DNA of 64,000 bases. It comes from Callorhinchus milii (Eukaryota). A program made the position numbers and the translations under genes. Each line of letters starts with the position of its first letter. Position 1 is the first letter of the stretch. Shown piece after piece: positions 47,150 through 60,231 of the stretch. The notes below the pieces were generated by a model, which saw nothing but the letters and a program-made list of their open reading frames with translations, made no database searches and had not been told where the DNA came from. The stretch lies in the NCBI RefSeq assembly GCF_018977255.1, contig NW_024704742.1:132248001-132312000 (forward strand), given 5' to 3'.

Positions 47150-49339
47150 AAGAGGGGCAAGCCTATGTTCTGAGTCAAAGGCTCTACAATCCAGTTTAAC
47201 AGAGAGCAGCTTAATATCCAGCTACTGAACGAGCATTGAACGAATGAATGCAAAGTGGGTCAGAGACACTTTCTCTTTGGTCAGGCGGGTGTCTGACACA
47301 CATAAAAGCGGTATCCAAACCAAATTGAGAATTCCTACACATGGAAATTCCAGAGATAGACTGTTGGAATGGTTTTAAACATTGGTTTAATTTGTTTCCC
47401 CTCCCTCCATCGCTAACCAGAAATGTTATCGTCAGTTGTGGTTACTACAGAATTCTGTAGTTCCCCAATAACATTGAGGAAATATTCTCAAAAAATCAAA
47501 TTTCCTTATGTTGTGGTTCTGAAGATAATTCCTATTGAATAATGCTGCAAAGGCAGAATTAAGCATAAGATTATGGTGGAATGCCAGATTTTTGATCACA
47601 TTGATAATAAGCATTCTGATAGCCCCTTATCAAATCAAAATAGGTGTCAGCCTGGCTCAGCTTTCTCACCTCAGAGTCAGACACCTCCTGATGCTACATA
47701 AAAACAATGTGTTGTTATTGTTGTACAAGCAGTCACTACCTTTGACAGCAATTATCGGTGAATCACTTTGAGACGTTTTGACGTCATACAATAAAATTAA
47801 AATTCACATTTGTACAATGCCTTTCATCAAGGAGAGTGCGGAGGGGAAAAGATGACAGAAGATGCAGGCAATGAGGTATGATTTGAAATGGATCTTGAAT
47901 GAAAGGAGGGTGTGAGAGAGTCAGAGGACTCACAGTGGGAATCAGAGGGATGATGCTACATCGAATGCAAGAATCATTATTATAATAATCCTTACGTTTG
48001 ATATAAGGTCTTTTACTTTGCAAGGACGTCTCACAGTGCTTCACAGGATTTACTGTAATGTTTTGCAGGCGAATTATATAGATCTTGCTTTGCCAGATAC
48101 CTGATTATGGTGAACATGTTAAATCTCACTCGACGCACAAATCCACAGACAGATGCACATAAAAACAGGAGTTCAAATACAAATGATCCGACATGAGAAC
48201 AGGCCAAATGTTAAACGAGCAAAAATAAAATTATGGCAGAAGTGACTCAACTAGATTATTACAAGTGTGCAAGCCAAGTCAATAGACAGATAATTACTGA
48301 CGAATAAAGCAATTTCCAACCCATCTTGGGAAGAATCTATCACTGACAGTGACTTTGAAGTTTATAATTAAGTTTCTCCTCTTTCACTAATAAATGCTTA
48401 CATTTATGATCAGGGCACTGTATCGCTAGAAATAACCTTTTTACACGAGTCAGTCTTTTGCATCTGTGATCGTTCTCCTTTGGTTCTGCTCTCTCTTTCA
48501 ATCCCATCGCCTCACACCTTCCCTCTCTGCTTTCAAATGCACCTTTGACAGCACCTTTGGGCATCTCATTTCTGTCTTCCCTTGAAACTTTCTGGACAAG
48601 GCAAAACATTAGGCAGGTTTCCTTACCCCACACTGCCTCTGTTTGGCTAGCTGTAGATAGGAACCCGGTTGTCAGTCGATTGGCCATCTATAGCCAGCCA
48701 TCCAGTTGAGCTAAAATGCATTAGACTCATTTGGCCCATATAATCAATGGACATCTTATCCCACTGGCCCAAACAGCCTATAATTATCAGACCACTAGCG
48801 TGATATGAATGAAAGTAATTGCCCACACTTCTGTAGCTAGCAATGCAATATTTAGCCATTCGATGCAGTATACATGAACAGTACCACAACTTATTAATAT
48901 CAGCAGCCTAAATTTTTTTGGTGGGGGGTTTGATTAACCAGAAATTACCGAACTAGATTTTCATTAGGACAAATAGCCGTGTAAAACAAGGAATTAATTG
49001 AGTAAATCAATGAGCCATTTTTATTAAGGAGTTACTAATCCCAAGTGATGCATTAATTATTCACATAATAAGACTTCACTGAGCCCTTCTCTTCTATTAT
49101 TGATAAGCTATGATCTATCAATGTGACCGTTTGCATCCTGATTTACTCGTGAATGAATCTAAGGCACTCAATTATTTTTTTCCTCTTTCAGTCTTGCAGA
49201 GAAAAAATGCAGCCAAATGAGATGTAGGACAGTGCTGGTGTCTCAGTGTTTAATGTTTTGGTTTATTTTCCCGTCCTTAAAATCTCAGCTCCCGACGTGT
49301 TGGAAAGTCACTTTGGTTTACGCTTGTTAATCCAGATCT

Positions 49340-49615
49340 GCCGAGGTCCCATCTGTCTATCCAGGTGGACGTTAAAGATCCCATGGCACAATTCTAAAAG
49401 AGAATGAAGTTTTTCCTGGTGTCCTGGCCAACAATCCCCCAAATAAAATTGGTCATTCACTTCATGGCTGTTTATGGAACATTGTTGTGTGCAAACTGGC
49501 TGCCATATTTCCCTCACAAAATACGCAGTCATGCCATTTTAATGTAAAAGTGCTTTGCATTGTCTCGATGATGTGATAAAGTGTTATATCAACCTCAATA
49601 ATGATTATTGTTATT
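49340..49615 (+). mobile_element. Type C SINE 3' part
   Basis: CCGAGGTCCCATCTGTCTATCCAGGTGGACGTTAAAGATCCCATGGCAC plus tail. Confidence 0.82.
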
Positions 49616-50162
49616 ATCAGCATCGATTCAATTAAGAATGAAGAAACATCGCAATTTTCAGCCCAGAGTAACAGGACTCTAGCTGAGCAACACTACTGAG
49701 TAATAAAGGAACGCAACAAGGAAAGATTTAGACACCACCCTCATGTTGTTTTTCATCTCTCTCGTTGTGACATTTAAGATTATGGAGCAATTCAGTTGAA
49801 CAGTTATCCTTTGATGGACTCACCTCAACTCTCACTGCCCGGCTCCATCATAAAACTAACGACAATGTTTATTGTTCCGTTACGAAATATTGGTGGGTAA
49901 TTTCCAGCGGAGACATTTAGAGGCACGTGTTAGACTCTGTTATAAACCATTGTCATTGTGTAGCAAGGTTAGTCATGGACATGGATTGAAAATTGGCTGA
50001 AGGGAAGGAAGCAAAGGGTAGTCATTAGGGGAAATGAGTCACAATGGGGGAAGTACTGTAGTTAAGTGGGATGTAAAGGTTTGTAATTGTCCTACTCTTG
50101 TTCCTCATATATATTAATGACCAGGATTCATCGACCCTGGGCAAGGTAATTAAATTTGCAGA

Positions 50163-50481
50163 TAATAATAATAATCCTTGCATTTGATATAGCACTTTTC
50201 ACGTCGGGAGGACGTCCCAAAGCGCTTCACAGAACACACTGTAAAGTGAATTGACTGTATATTTGTGGGCAAACGCGGCAGCCAATTGCGCACAGCAATG
50301 TCCCAAAACAGTCGTAGATTGAAAATGACCAATTTATTATTGTTTTGGGGTTTTGGAGGAATTATTATTAGGCTCTGTGTGGAGTAAGGAAACTTGCCCA
50401 AGGTTTCGCCCTCTGCCTGGAATTGAACTCAGGTCTCTCGCTTGCAAAGCGAGTGCTCTAACCACTGAGCTACAGGACTCC
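50163..50481 (-). mobile_element. Type A SINE, young (CACAGAGCC variant)
   Basis: Full length. Confidence 0.95.
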
Positions 50482-50537
50482 ACAGTAAAAGAGACAGCAA
50501 AGGATTTACAAAACTTAATAGGGGATGCACGTGGACT

Positions 50538-50810
50538 AAATAATAATAATCCTTGTATTTGATATATCACTTTGTTGATGTGTCTCAAAGCACTTCACAG
50601 GATATACTGTAATGTGGAGTGACTGTATTTTGTGGGTGAAATGCAGCAGCCAAACGCACACAGCAATGTGCCACAAACAACCATGGAGTGAGTGATCAGT
50701 TTTATTTGGGGGAAATTGTTGGCCAGGACACCGGGCGGGAGAGGAACTCCTTTCTCTTTTCGAATCGTGCTGTGGGATCTTTAACATCCACCTCAACAGG
50801 CAGACAGAGC
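50538..50810 (-). mobile_element. Type C SINE 3' part
   Basis: Deu core (reverse) plus tail. Confidence 0.8.
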
Positions 50811-51609
50811 CACCTTATAGAGTGACCTTACACCAGGAAAGGTAGCTGAGGCCAGGACACTGGACTTATTTAAAGAGAAACAGCTCGACTCTGTGATGAG
50901 AAGACAGTAGGATGGGTGTTTTAGAAGGGTGCCATCAAATGGGTTGAAGAACCTTCTTCATCCGAACCTCTCACAGTGAACACAAAGTGAACAGAGAGAG
51001 AAAAAAAAACCCGAAAAACAAATGTTAAATTCCTATCCGCCAACAGTAAAAGGGAAAGGAGCAAAATAGGTTAAGAGCAAAATAAATGTTTAAATAGTTC
51101 ACCCTGAACCATATATTAATGGCTGTGGTAAATAATGCAGTAGGCACTGGGTTGAAATAGGGAAACTGGGAGTTAATTAACGTACTGGGTTGTAGCATCT
51201 TGCTTTAATTAGCTCTCCATGTCCCATTTCAACTTAAAACGGCAGAATGTTGGCTTCCTCGAGGGCTCCGAAAACTAATACACTGCTTGGTGCAGTACCC
51301 AACCGTGCGAGACAGGAAAGTCCCAGGTTTGACCCAGGATCTTGCTTGATTGTGTGGCTCAGTGCTGTACCAAAGTAAGATTCATCCTATAATTTCAGGA
51401 TATTTTCTAACATATAAAGTGGAGGGTAAAACCCCCACCAGCCCCTAGGAATTCCCAAGGAATAATTTAAAAATTCCCCACCAGTAAATTGCTCTTCCAG
51501 AATAATATTTTGTTGTCAGTTGCCATTTAGACAGTTTTCACAGAACTTGAGCCAAATTATACAACATATTATTTGATAATTAAAGACATTGAATCATTAT
51601 TACTTGTTA

Positions 51610-51965
51610 TTTCACTGGCTCCCCATCGCTGAACAGATAGTTTTCACGATCCTCACACTCGTTTTCAATTCCCTAGCACCTTCCTACCTCTCCAACCTGC
51701 TTACCCCCTAAACCCACAACCCGCTGCCTCTGTTCACTTGGCTCCAGCCTTCTGCTTGTCCCTCATGCCCTCTGTTCCACCATTGGTGACCGCACTTTCA
51801 GCCACTACACCCCAAAATGCTGGGACACTTTCCCTCTATCCCTCTGCCTTGCCCCTTCCTTCCCCACCTTCAGGTCACACCTGAAGACCTTCCTATTCAA
51901 CCACTAAGTGCTCTGGGACGCTACCCTGCGTGATGGTGCTCTCTAAATGCAATTGATGTATGTTG
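51610..51965 (+). mobile_element. L2 3' fragment
   Basis: CACTGGCTCCCCATC (HWLP)..CCTTCCTACCTCTCC..CCACCATTGGTGACCGCACTTTCAGCC. Confidence 0.8.
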
Positions 51966-52439
51966 TTAATGTATATTCTTGCTTTGATTTTATTTGATTC
52001 ATCCTAAGGATTGAAACAAATACATGAAGCATTGCTTCATCTTTAGAAAACTGTTTTTAATCCTTCTGGGTGTGGGTTAAAAGTATCCCCTTTGAGTTAA
52101 GTCCCCCGTAAAAAATGCCCTGCTATAATTTATATAGAAAACTACTTGGGTTATACAGCACTTTACCAAACAGGCCATTTGGAACAACGAGTTTGTATTA
52201 GTGTTTATACTCCACAAGAGCCCCAACCCCTCCTCAGCCCTTCTAAACCCTCTGATGCATTCTCTTTTATGTAATAATAATTTTTGCATTTGATATTAGT
52301 GGTTTTCACGTCTTCCAGACGTCGCAAAGTGTTTCAAAGAATATAATATAAAATGAATTGACTGTATATTTGTGCAAGAATGTATGCAAGAAGTTGCATC
52401 TTAAATAACTTGATGCTTTATGCTTGAATATCAAGTGGT

Positions 52440-52700
52440 CCTAACTGGACAAGGAGCGGTAGAGCTTGCCAGATGGTGCTCTCAATGCCGATTTAGCCGG
52501 TCAATCTTCAGAAGTACTCCAGCGCACACTTTGGGCCTCAGCTCTTGCCAAATGTAACTAATACTCTCTAGAATTAGATACACAGGGTGCCCCCCGCTCT
52601 GGAATTTCCATGTGTAGATGGAATGCATAAAAATCTGTTTTGATGCTCTTAACACAGTGATGGGTCTCCACATGTTGTGGATGCCGAGCTGACAGAAATA
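52440..52700 (+). repeat. Family D 3' part, diverged
   Basis: CTGGACAAG..GCTTGCCAGA..AATTTCCATGTGTAG..CAGTGATGGGTCTCCACATG. Confidence 0.72.
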
Positions 52701-53319
52701 ATTCAGAGAGTATTTATTAATGTATTAGCCCATGGAGCATATTTACTTTAATCTAAGAGGTTTTGTTATTTTGGAATTGCAGGCCTTGGTCCAAGATTAA
52801 AAAGAGCAAGAGAAAAAATAAACACAGTATGTCACGTTCTACAACAAAACAACAATGTGCATTTATGTAGGACCCTTCATGCAGGGAGCACTTCACGGTC
52901 GAAGAGGAAGCTCTTCAGGTATGATCTGGAAATGGAGAAGGAGGGCACAAGGTGGAGGGATTAGGGGATTCCAATGTCCTTGTTCTTCACCTGCAAGGGC
53001 AGAGCGCAGGAACCCGCACTTACCTCAGTTTATACTCAGTCTCTATATCCTCCAATCCTATCCAGATATTTCTACAGGACTTTTCCAAGGCATCTATTAG
53101 TAATAAATATTTTAATATCTCTAGTGCTTTGAAAACATTGTGATGTAAAAGACACTATGAAAAGGCAAGTCCTTTTCTTTTAATATTATTTTTCAAACAA
53201 CTGTCTAATTCCCCTTTAAAATAATGTGTTTGTTAGGAAATATCTGTTCTACATATTTATTACTCTGCAGGTGGAAAATAAGGATTCTGATCTCTTGATT
53301 GGGTCAAGCTCTGTTGGAT

Positions 53320-53692
53320 CGATTTCAAGATCCCCTCACTCATCTTCAAATCCCTTCATGCCCTGGTACCTCCCTACCTCTCTGAACTGCTTACTCCCTA
53401 ACCCACATCCCGCTGCCTCTGCTCGACTGGCCCCAGCCTCTTGCTTGTCCCTCGGGCCCTCCATTCCACCATCGGTGGCCACACTTTCAGCCACTACGCT
53501 CCGAAACTCTGGACCACTCTCCCTCTATCGCTCCACCTTGCCTGCTCCTCCCCCATTTTTAGGTCGGCTTGAAGACCTTTCTCTTTGTCTCTGCCAACGG
53601 TCACCTCCCCCTCCCCCCAGCTCAGCTCAGCACTGTCAAGCACTCTGGGACGTTACCCGGCTTGAGGGGCGCTATATAAGTTGCTATTGTTG
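53320..53692 (+). mobile_element. L2 3' fragment
   Basis: GATCGATTTCAAGATCC..CCACCATCGGTGGCC..; tail GGCGCTATATAAGTTG. Confidence 0.8.
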
Positions 53693-55002
53693 AGATTCAA
53701 TTAGTGTCTCCACTTGTTTCAAACTTCAGTAGAAAGTCGGGGCTAATAAAAAAAAGTTATGCTCAGTTCCTCGTTCAATAAAACAAAGCACAGCTTGGGT
53801 GCTTGTTGACCTCTGCTATTACATAATTTAAGGGTGTGAGTGGGAAAAAATCATCCATCTATTAATCACTTTTATTGATAGCAAAAAAGATGCAGCGCTC
53901 TCACACTAAAACGACAATGAACTCATAAATAATATATCTCTGTGTGTGAATGCTGATGCTTAATTACAGCAAGTAAGATGCATTTGGATGCCTCTAACCG
54001 TGAACAGTCAATCCGCTGGTTATTTTAGTTGGGCTCAAACAGGCGATTGTGAATTGACTAAGAGGCAATGTCTTGCAAGTCAGTCATAAGGTCATAAGAA
54101 TCATGTCTGCTTTATTGACAATTTTCTTTTCTGTTAATGCTGTGCCCTAGGCTCCTCATTAATCTAGCATTGCCATGTTGTAAAACATTGATGGCAATCA
54201 GAGTTGGATTGTAATTACACCAGTATTATTCCACTGTCGTTCGGTTGTGGTGATCCATGGAATTTATGTGAAGTGCCTTATTTTGCAATAATTCTTCACT
54301 AATCAAACTCTTCACATGTCCGGAAAGTGGGGAAGGGGGGGTGGGAGAGTGGTAAATGGCAATTTCTTTACACCTATTAGTGTTAAGTATGAATTGCATA
54401 GGTCTCAGTGTCAAATCTTAGAAGCATATTTTGGTGAGTGGGATAGAATCTGAATGCTATCCCAGAACAATTGAGTGATTGGAGGCAAAGCATGTTATAA
54501 CAGTGCAGGCATTTGTTTAGTATCTTAACATGAGCATGGCAACAATGCAAGTGCCATATAAATCCTTAGAAAACAGAGTCAATTATGACACTAAACAGGG
54601 AATTTGATAAGCTTGTGTATGCAGCATTAAAAAGAGAATTGGAGGTGGGATGTTCTCCTGATCTCCCAGCCGTCAACCCCCCAGATTAATCGGTCATTTC
54701 CCCCACTCCCCACACCCCCGTAATAATAATAATCCTTACATTTCATATAGTACCTTATCACATCTTCGAGATGTCTCAAGGCGCTTCACAGAATATTCTG
54801 TAAAGAAATTGATTATACGTCCTTTGTGAGCGAAACGTAGCTGTTTGTGGGACCCTGTTGTGCACAAAATGCTTGCCGCAGTTGCCTGCGTAAAAACAGT
54901 CCCTACACTTGATAATGAGGCTGGCCCACTTGGTAACACTCTCACATCTGAGTAAGAACATTAAGCATTTAAACCTCACATTGGCAGGGTGAAATGTTAT
55001 AA

Positions 55003-55367
55003 AATAATAATAATCCTTGCATTTGATATAGCGCTTTTCACGTCTTCTAAACTTCTCAAAGAGCTTCACAGAACATAATGTAAAGTGAATTGACTGTATA
55101 TTTGTGGGCGAAACACGGCAGCCAATTGCGCACAGCAGTGACCCACAAACAGTCGTGGATTGAGTGACCAAATTATTATTTTTTTAAGGATTATTATCCC
55201 TGGAAAAGGGATTCATCAATCGACTAACAACCAGGTTCCTACTTACTGCTAGGTAAACAGATGTGTATGGAGTAAGGAAACTTGCTCAATATTTCGCCCT
55301 GGTGGGATTCAAACCCAGGTCTCTCACTTGCAAGGTGAGTGCTCTAATCTCAGAGCTACAGGTCTCC
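55003..55367 (-). mobile_element. Type B SINE
   Basis: Full length. Confidence 0.92.
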
Positions 55368-56145
55368 AAATAATAATCCTTGCATTTGATATAGTGCTTT
55401 TCACATCTTCTAGACCTCTTAAAGCACTTCCAGAATATACTGTAAACTAAATAGAACTCTCCCGCCCGCATTCTCACCCGTACGAAACTCCGCTTCCCGA
55501 TCACCCGAGTCCTTGCCAGACTGCACCGGCTGCCTATTCCAGAGAGGATCGATTTAAAGATCCTCACCCTCGTATTCAAGTCCCTGCACTCCTCTGCACT
55601 CCCCTACCTCTCCGACCTCCTCAGCACAGTACCCGGTGCCTTTGTTCCTCCGGGTCTGGCCTCCTCCTCGTCCCCCAAGTCCTCCGCTCCACCCTCGGCG
55701 GCTGTGTCTTCAGCCACTATGCCCCGAGGCTCTGGAACTGCCTTCCTCACTCCCTTCATCTCGCTCCCTCCCTTCCCATTTTCAGGTCTCTGCTGAAGAC
55801 TTTTCTTTTCGACCGCGACTTTGGTCACCTTCGCCCCCCTCCCCTGGCTCGGTCCCGGGATCCTAAACTGTGAAGCGCTCTGAGACGCCGTCCAGCGTGG
55901 AGGGCGCTCTATAAATCCAAGTTGTTGTATAGTTGTGGGCAAAACGTGGCAGCCAATTGCACACAGCAGTGTCCCACAAACAGTCGTGGATTGAGTAACC
56001 AAATTGTTATTTTATTTATTTCCTTGAGGGATTATTATCAGGCGTGTGGAGTAAGAAAACTTGCCTAAGGTTTCACCCTGCCGGGAATCAAACCCAGATC
56101 TCTCGCTTGCAAAGCGAGCGCTCTAACAACTGAGTTTTAGGACTT
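55368..56145 (-). mobile_element. Intermediate SINE split by an L2
   Basis: Tail at 55368-55455; body and head at 55925-56145 with the CCTGATAATAAT junction. Confidence 0.85.
55457..55927 (+). mobile_element. L2 3' fragment, well preserved
   Basis: Translates ARILTRTKLRFPITRVLARLHRLPIPERIDLKILTLVFKSLHSSALPYLSDLL; stem-loop and TTG tail. Confidence 0.93.
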
Positions 56146-56539
56146 CAACTTTAACTCACAGTATAGACTGACACTCAGGCTTGTAGCACTTGGGAACCTT
56201 GTGTTATCAGAGATGCTGACCTTTCTGTGAGACATTGAACAAAAGTCCCGTCTGCCTGTTCAGGTGGACTTTATAGATTCTGTGCATCAGAAAAAGGCAG
56301 CTCCTTCAAGGAGCTAACACAGCATAGGTATGGCTGGCCTCCCGTGCTGAAGTTTCTATGAGGCATCTCGTTCTACCAGAAAGATATAACAGTTACTCCA
56401 TTGGTGTTCATCACATTTAATAATTATGCTTGCATTTGATATTGTGCCTTGTTAAATTGTTGAGATATCCCAAAGCGCTGCACAGAATATATTGCAATGT
56501 GGATTGACTGTGTATTTTGTAGGCAAAACACATTTAGGT

Positions 56540-56920
56540 TAACTTAGCTCAATTGGTAGCCAAGTTAACTCTCACCTCTGAGTTAGTTCAAACATCACAT
56601 CAGGATTTTGTGCACACAGTTTGTGTTGACACCCCAATGCTGCATTGTCAGAGCTGCCGTCCTTTAGATAAGATGTTAAACCAAGATGCTATCCATCTGT
56701 TCAGATGAAGGCTTAAGATCCCATGGCACTATTCAAAAAGAGAAGGGATTTTATTCCAGTCCTCTGGATAGATTGATCAGTCACCTCAGAACTGTTGGTG
56801 GGATATTACTATGTGCAGACTGGCTGCTGCGTTAGCCTACAAATGTGTGGTCAGTACAGAAATTTGCCTTTTGCAGTGTCTTGCGAGTGAGTCAAAAAGC
56901 ATCATAGAAGTGTAAGTTGC
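56540..56920 (+). mobile_element. Deu-domain SINE (type C)
   Basis: GCTGCCGTCCTTTAGATAAGATGTTAAACCAAG..AAGATCCCATGGCACTATTC. Confidence 0.8.
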
Positions 56921-57007
56921 TGCTGTATAATTTACACAAATTACGGGAAATGTTACAGCACAGAAACAGACCATTCAGACCAACTCGTTCCTGCCAGTGT
57001 TTATAAA

Positions 57008-57897
57008 TTTCAAAATTTGCAGATGACACCAAATTCTAAGTGTACTGAGGAGGTCTGCAGCAAATTACAGCAAAATATTGATAAATTTGCTGAGTGGGCA
57101 TTTAAATGGCAAATGCATTTCAATGTAGAAAAGTGTGAGGTGGTACATTTTGGTAGAAGGAATAAGGAAGTCACATACATCCTGGAAAATAAAAACCTAA
57201 ATGGGGTAGACTAAGGGTACACATACACAATTCACTAAAAGTAGCAACGCAGGCTAATAAGGCCATAAAAAAACAGGCATTGGGGTTCATTTCTAGAGGG
57301 ATAGAAATGAAAAACAGGGAAGTTATGATAAACTTCTATAGAACCTTAGTTAGACCCCACTTAGAATACTGTGTGCAGTACTGGTCCCCACATTATAGAA
57401 GGGATGTAGAGGCACTGGAGAGGTTGCAAAGGAGATTCACAAGGATGATCCCAGAACTGAGAGGTTATACCTATCAGGAAAGGCTGAATATGGACTCTTT
57501 TCTCTTGAAAAGAGGGTAAGGGGTAATCTGATAGAGGTCTTTAAAATGATGAAAGGTTTTGATAGGGTAGACATCGGGAAGATGTTTCCACTTGTGGGGG
57601 AGACCATCAATATAAAATAGTCACTAATAGATCAAATAGGGAAGTTAGAAGAAAGTTCTTCACACAGAGAGTAGTGGGAATGTGGAAAATGCTACCACAT
57701 GTAATTGTTGAGGCAAACAGCATAGATGTATTCAAGGGAAAGCTCGATAGGTACATGAGGGAGAAAGGAATAGAAGATTATGCTTGAAGGCTTAGTTGAG
57801 GAAGGGCAGGAGGAGGCTCATGTGGAGCATAAACACCGGCATAGACCAGTTGGGCCGAATGGCCTGTTTTTGTGCTGTATATTCTAATGTAATGTAT
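57008..57897 (+). mobile_element. CR1 3' fragment, frameshifted
   Basis: AAATTTGCAGATGACAC (KFADDT); [31 protein letters not shown]; 3'UTR GGGCCGAATGGCCTG. Confidence 0.94.
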
Positions 57898-59199
57898 ACT
57901 CTACATATAACACAACAGAAATTCTCTGTGTAGCGAAGCACAATACCAAATGCGAGAATTATAACTATAATCTGAAGTAAAGCAGATGCACTTATCTGTA
58001 CCCTCGAGAAGATAACACCCAAAATATTTAGCCATTTTTCTCTTTCAAATGTTGATATGCCTGCTGTGAGCATTTGTAGCATTGCCTGTTTCAATTCCTC
58101 CTACTACATCCCCCCAGTCTTGCTCTCTTTATCTAACCTTGGCACAGGAAATACTTTTTTCTTCCAATTTAATCAAATCTGCACAGTTTCTGGCATCTCG
58201 GAGCTTTGTTCTTTTCAACTCAGTCCTGAGTGTTTTGCGATCAATGATAAATAAAAAGACAAACTACCTTTTCACGCAGGGAAGACATCTCAAAGCGCTT
58301 CGCAGAATTTACTCTAATAATAATCCTTGCATTTCATATAATGACTTATCATGTCATTAAGGTGTCTCAAAGTTCTACACAGAATTTTACTGTTTAGGTG
58401 GGTGCTATGGACTAAAAAGAGAATGGAGTTTCTCTCAGTTTCCTGGCCAACAATCCCTCAAATAAAATTGGTCACTCGCTCTGTAGGACATTGCTGTAAG
58501 CAAACTGGCTGCCACGTTTCACCCATAAAATACAGTCACTCCACTTTACAGTTTATCCTGTGAAGGGCTTTGAGAAGTCTTGACAACATGATAACGGGCT
58601 ACATCAAATGCAAGAATTATAAGCTTTAACATCTATCTGAAGGAAAGTAAAACATAGTAACTGTTTTGTAAGCAAATTGGCAATAATTATTTCCAGGTTA
58701 CAGAAAGGCCTTACCATTATCATGGAGTGATGAAACCTTCCCTCCTGTGCAGGTTAAAGCTGCTTTGACGTGAGCTGTGTTTCTTGTTGTTACAGAAGCG
58801 AAGATAGAGAGAACAACAGAAAGTGACTGGATTTTTCTGAACTGTAGCGTTCCCAACAAATAAAGTAGCAGTGAGCCATTTCGAAGAGATTATACAGGCT
58901 TGATTTTAAGCATGTTGGCAAGCCTACAGCCCCACCAGACTGGATTTATATTCCACCAATTGTCTTTGCTTCCTTTATCCATGTTAATGACTGGCACAAT
59001 CAGGCCAATATTCCAGTACTGTGCAAATATCAGAGGCAGGCAGTATATAATCAGCAGTGTGGAGCAGTCAATAATAAATTAACTGCTCATATTGCTCAGT
59101 GTTCCAAAAACACAAGTACTCTACAACATTAAAGTTTTCCCTTCACAACTTTTTTGTACGCCAGCCAGATGATTGACCGAGTGTGCTGTGTTTGCTACC

Positions 59200-59375
59200 T
59201 ACACATAGATATTTATTTTCATGTCTGAAATGGAATGCATACGCTCTCTCCAGAGAGACACACCCTGCTTACCTAATTTCAGGGGGGTACTAGATGTAGG
59301 TTGGTAAGTTCCAATGGCTTGGGGACTTCAGAGTGCACATTGGGGTACTGCTGGACTTCAATCAGATAAAAACAA
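59200..59375 (-). repeat. Family D internal fragment
   Basis: TGGAATGCATACGCTCTCTCC..ACCCTGCTTACCTAAT..GGGGTACTGCTGGA. Confidence 0.72.
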
Positions 59376-59965
59376 TCACACAAGTGTTTGGCCTTTTCGT
59401 CTATTTGATCTCATCCTTGCTGAAAACCCATCCTCCCTTTCTCACAGCATCAAGTTGCTTCTTTAATGAGACCAGTTTCCTGGACAAACCCACTTTTCCT
59501 CATCACTTGAACCAGTTCTTGACTAGTCCAGTTGAGAACCATCAATTTATTCGGTCTACGCAGAATTCATGGTTATCAGATTTAGAAATCTCCACATTGA
59601 ATGAATCTAGTGGTAAATTAGATAGGTTGGCTTGTTGGAGCAATGGTTTACACCTGTATGAATGATTACTGAACTTGCTTATTATGGTTTGTTGCTAATA
59701 TCAGCTCAGTCCTCACTCCTACCTCTGCTTTTCAGCTTACTCTTGTTTGGCCCATCAAGTTAATAAGATAACACAGACCTGCAAAATAACTTCTTGTTTC
59801 CAAAACTAAAGATAATTTGGCTTTACAGATAAATTAAAAGCAATGCATCAGTTCTCACTCCATCTCGTTGAAGTACTTGATGACATTTTCTGATGTGAAA
59901 GGTGTTACGGAAGTGCAAGTTGTTGTCATTGTCACAAGATCAATTTAGATGAAGAAGGCGCTTAT

Positions 59966-60231
59966 GCAGGCAGGGAGAAACCTTGGGCAAGTTTCCTTAC
60001 TCCACACGCCTAATAATAATCCCTCCAAAAAACCAAAAACAATAATAAATTGGTCATTTTCAATCCACGACTGTTTGTGGGACATTGCTGTGCGCAATTG
60101 GCTGCCGCGTTCGCCCACAAATATACAGTCAATTCACTTTACAGTGTGTTCTGTGAAGCGCTTTGGGACGTCCTCCCGACGTGAAAAGCGCTATATCAAA
60201 TGCAAGGATTATTATATTATTATTATTATTA
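59966..60231 (+). mobile_element. Type A SINE, young, head truncated
   Basis: Body and tail essentially consensus. Confidence 0.93.
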
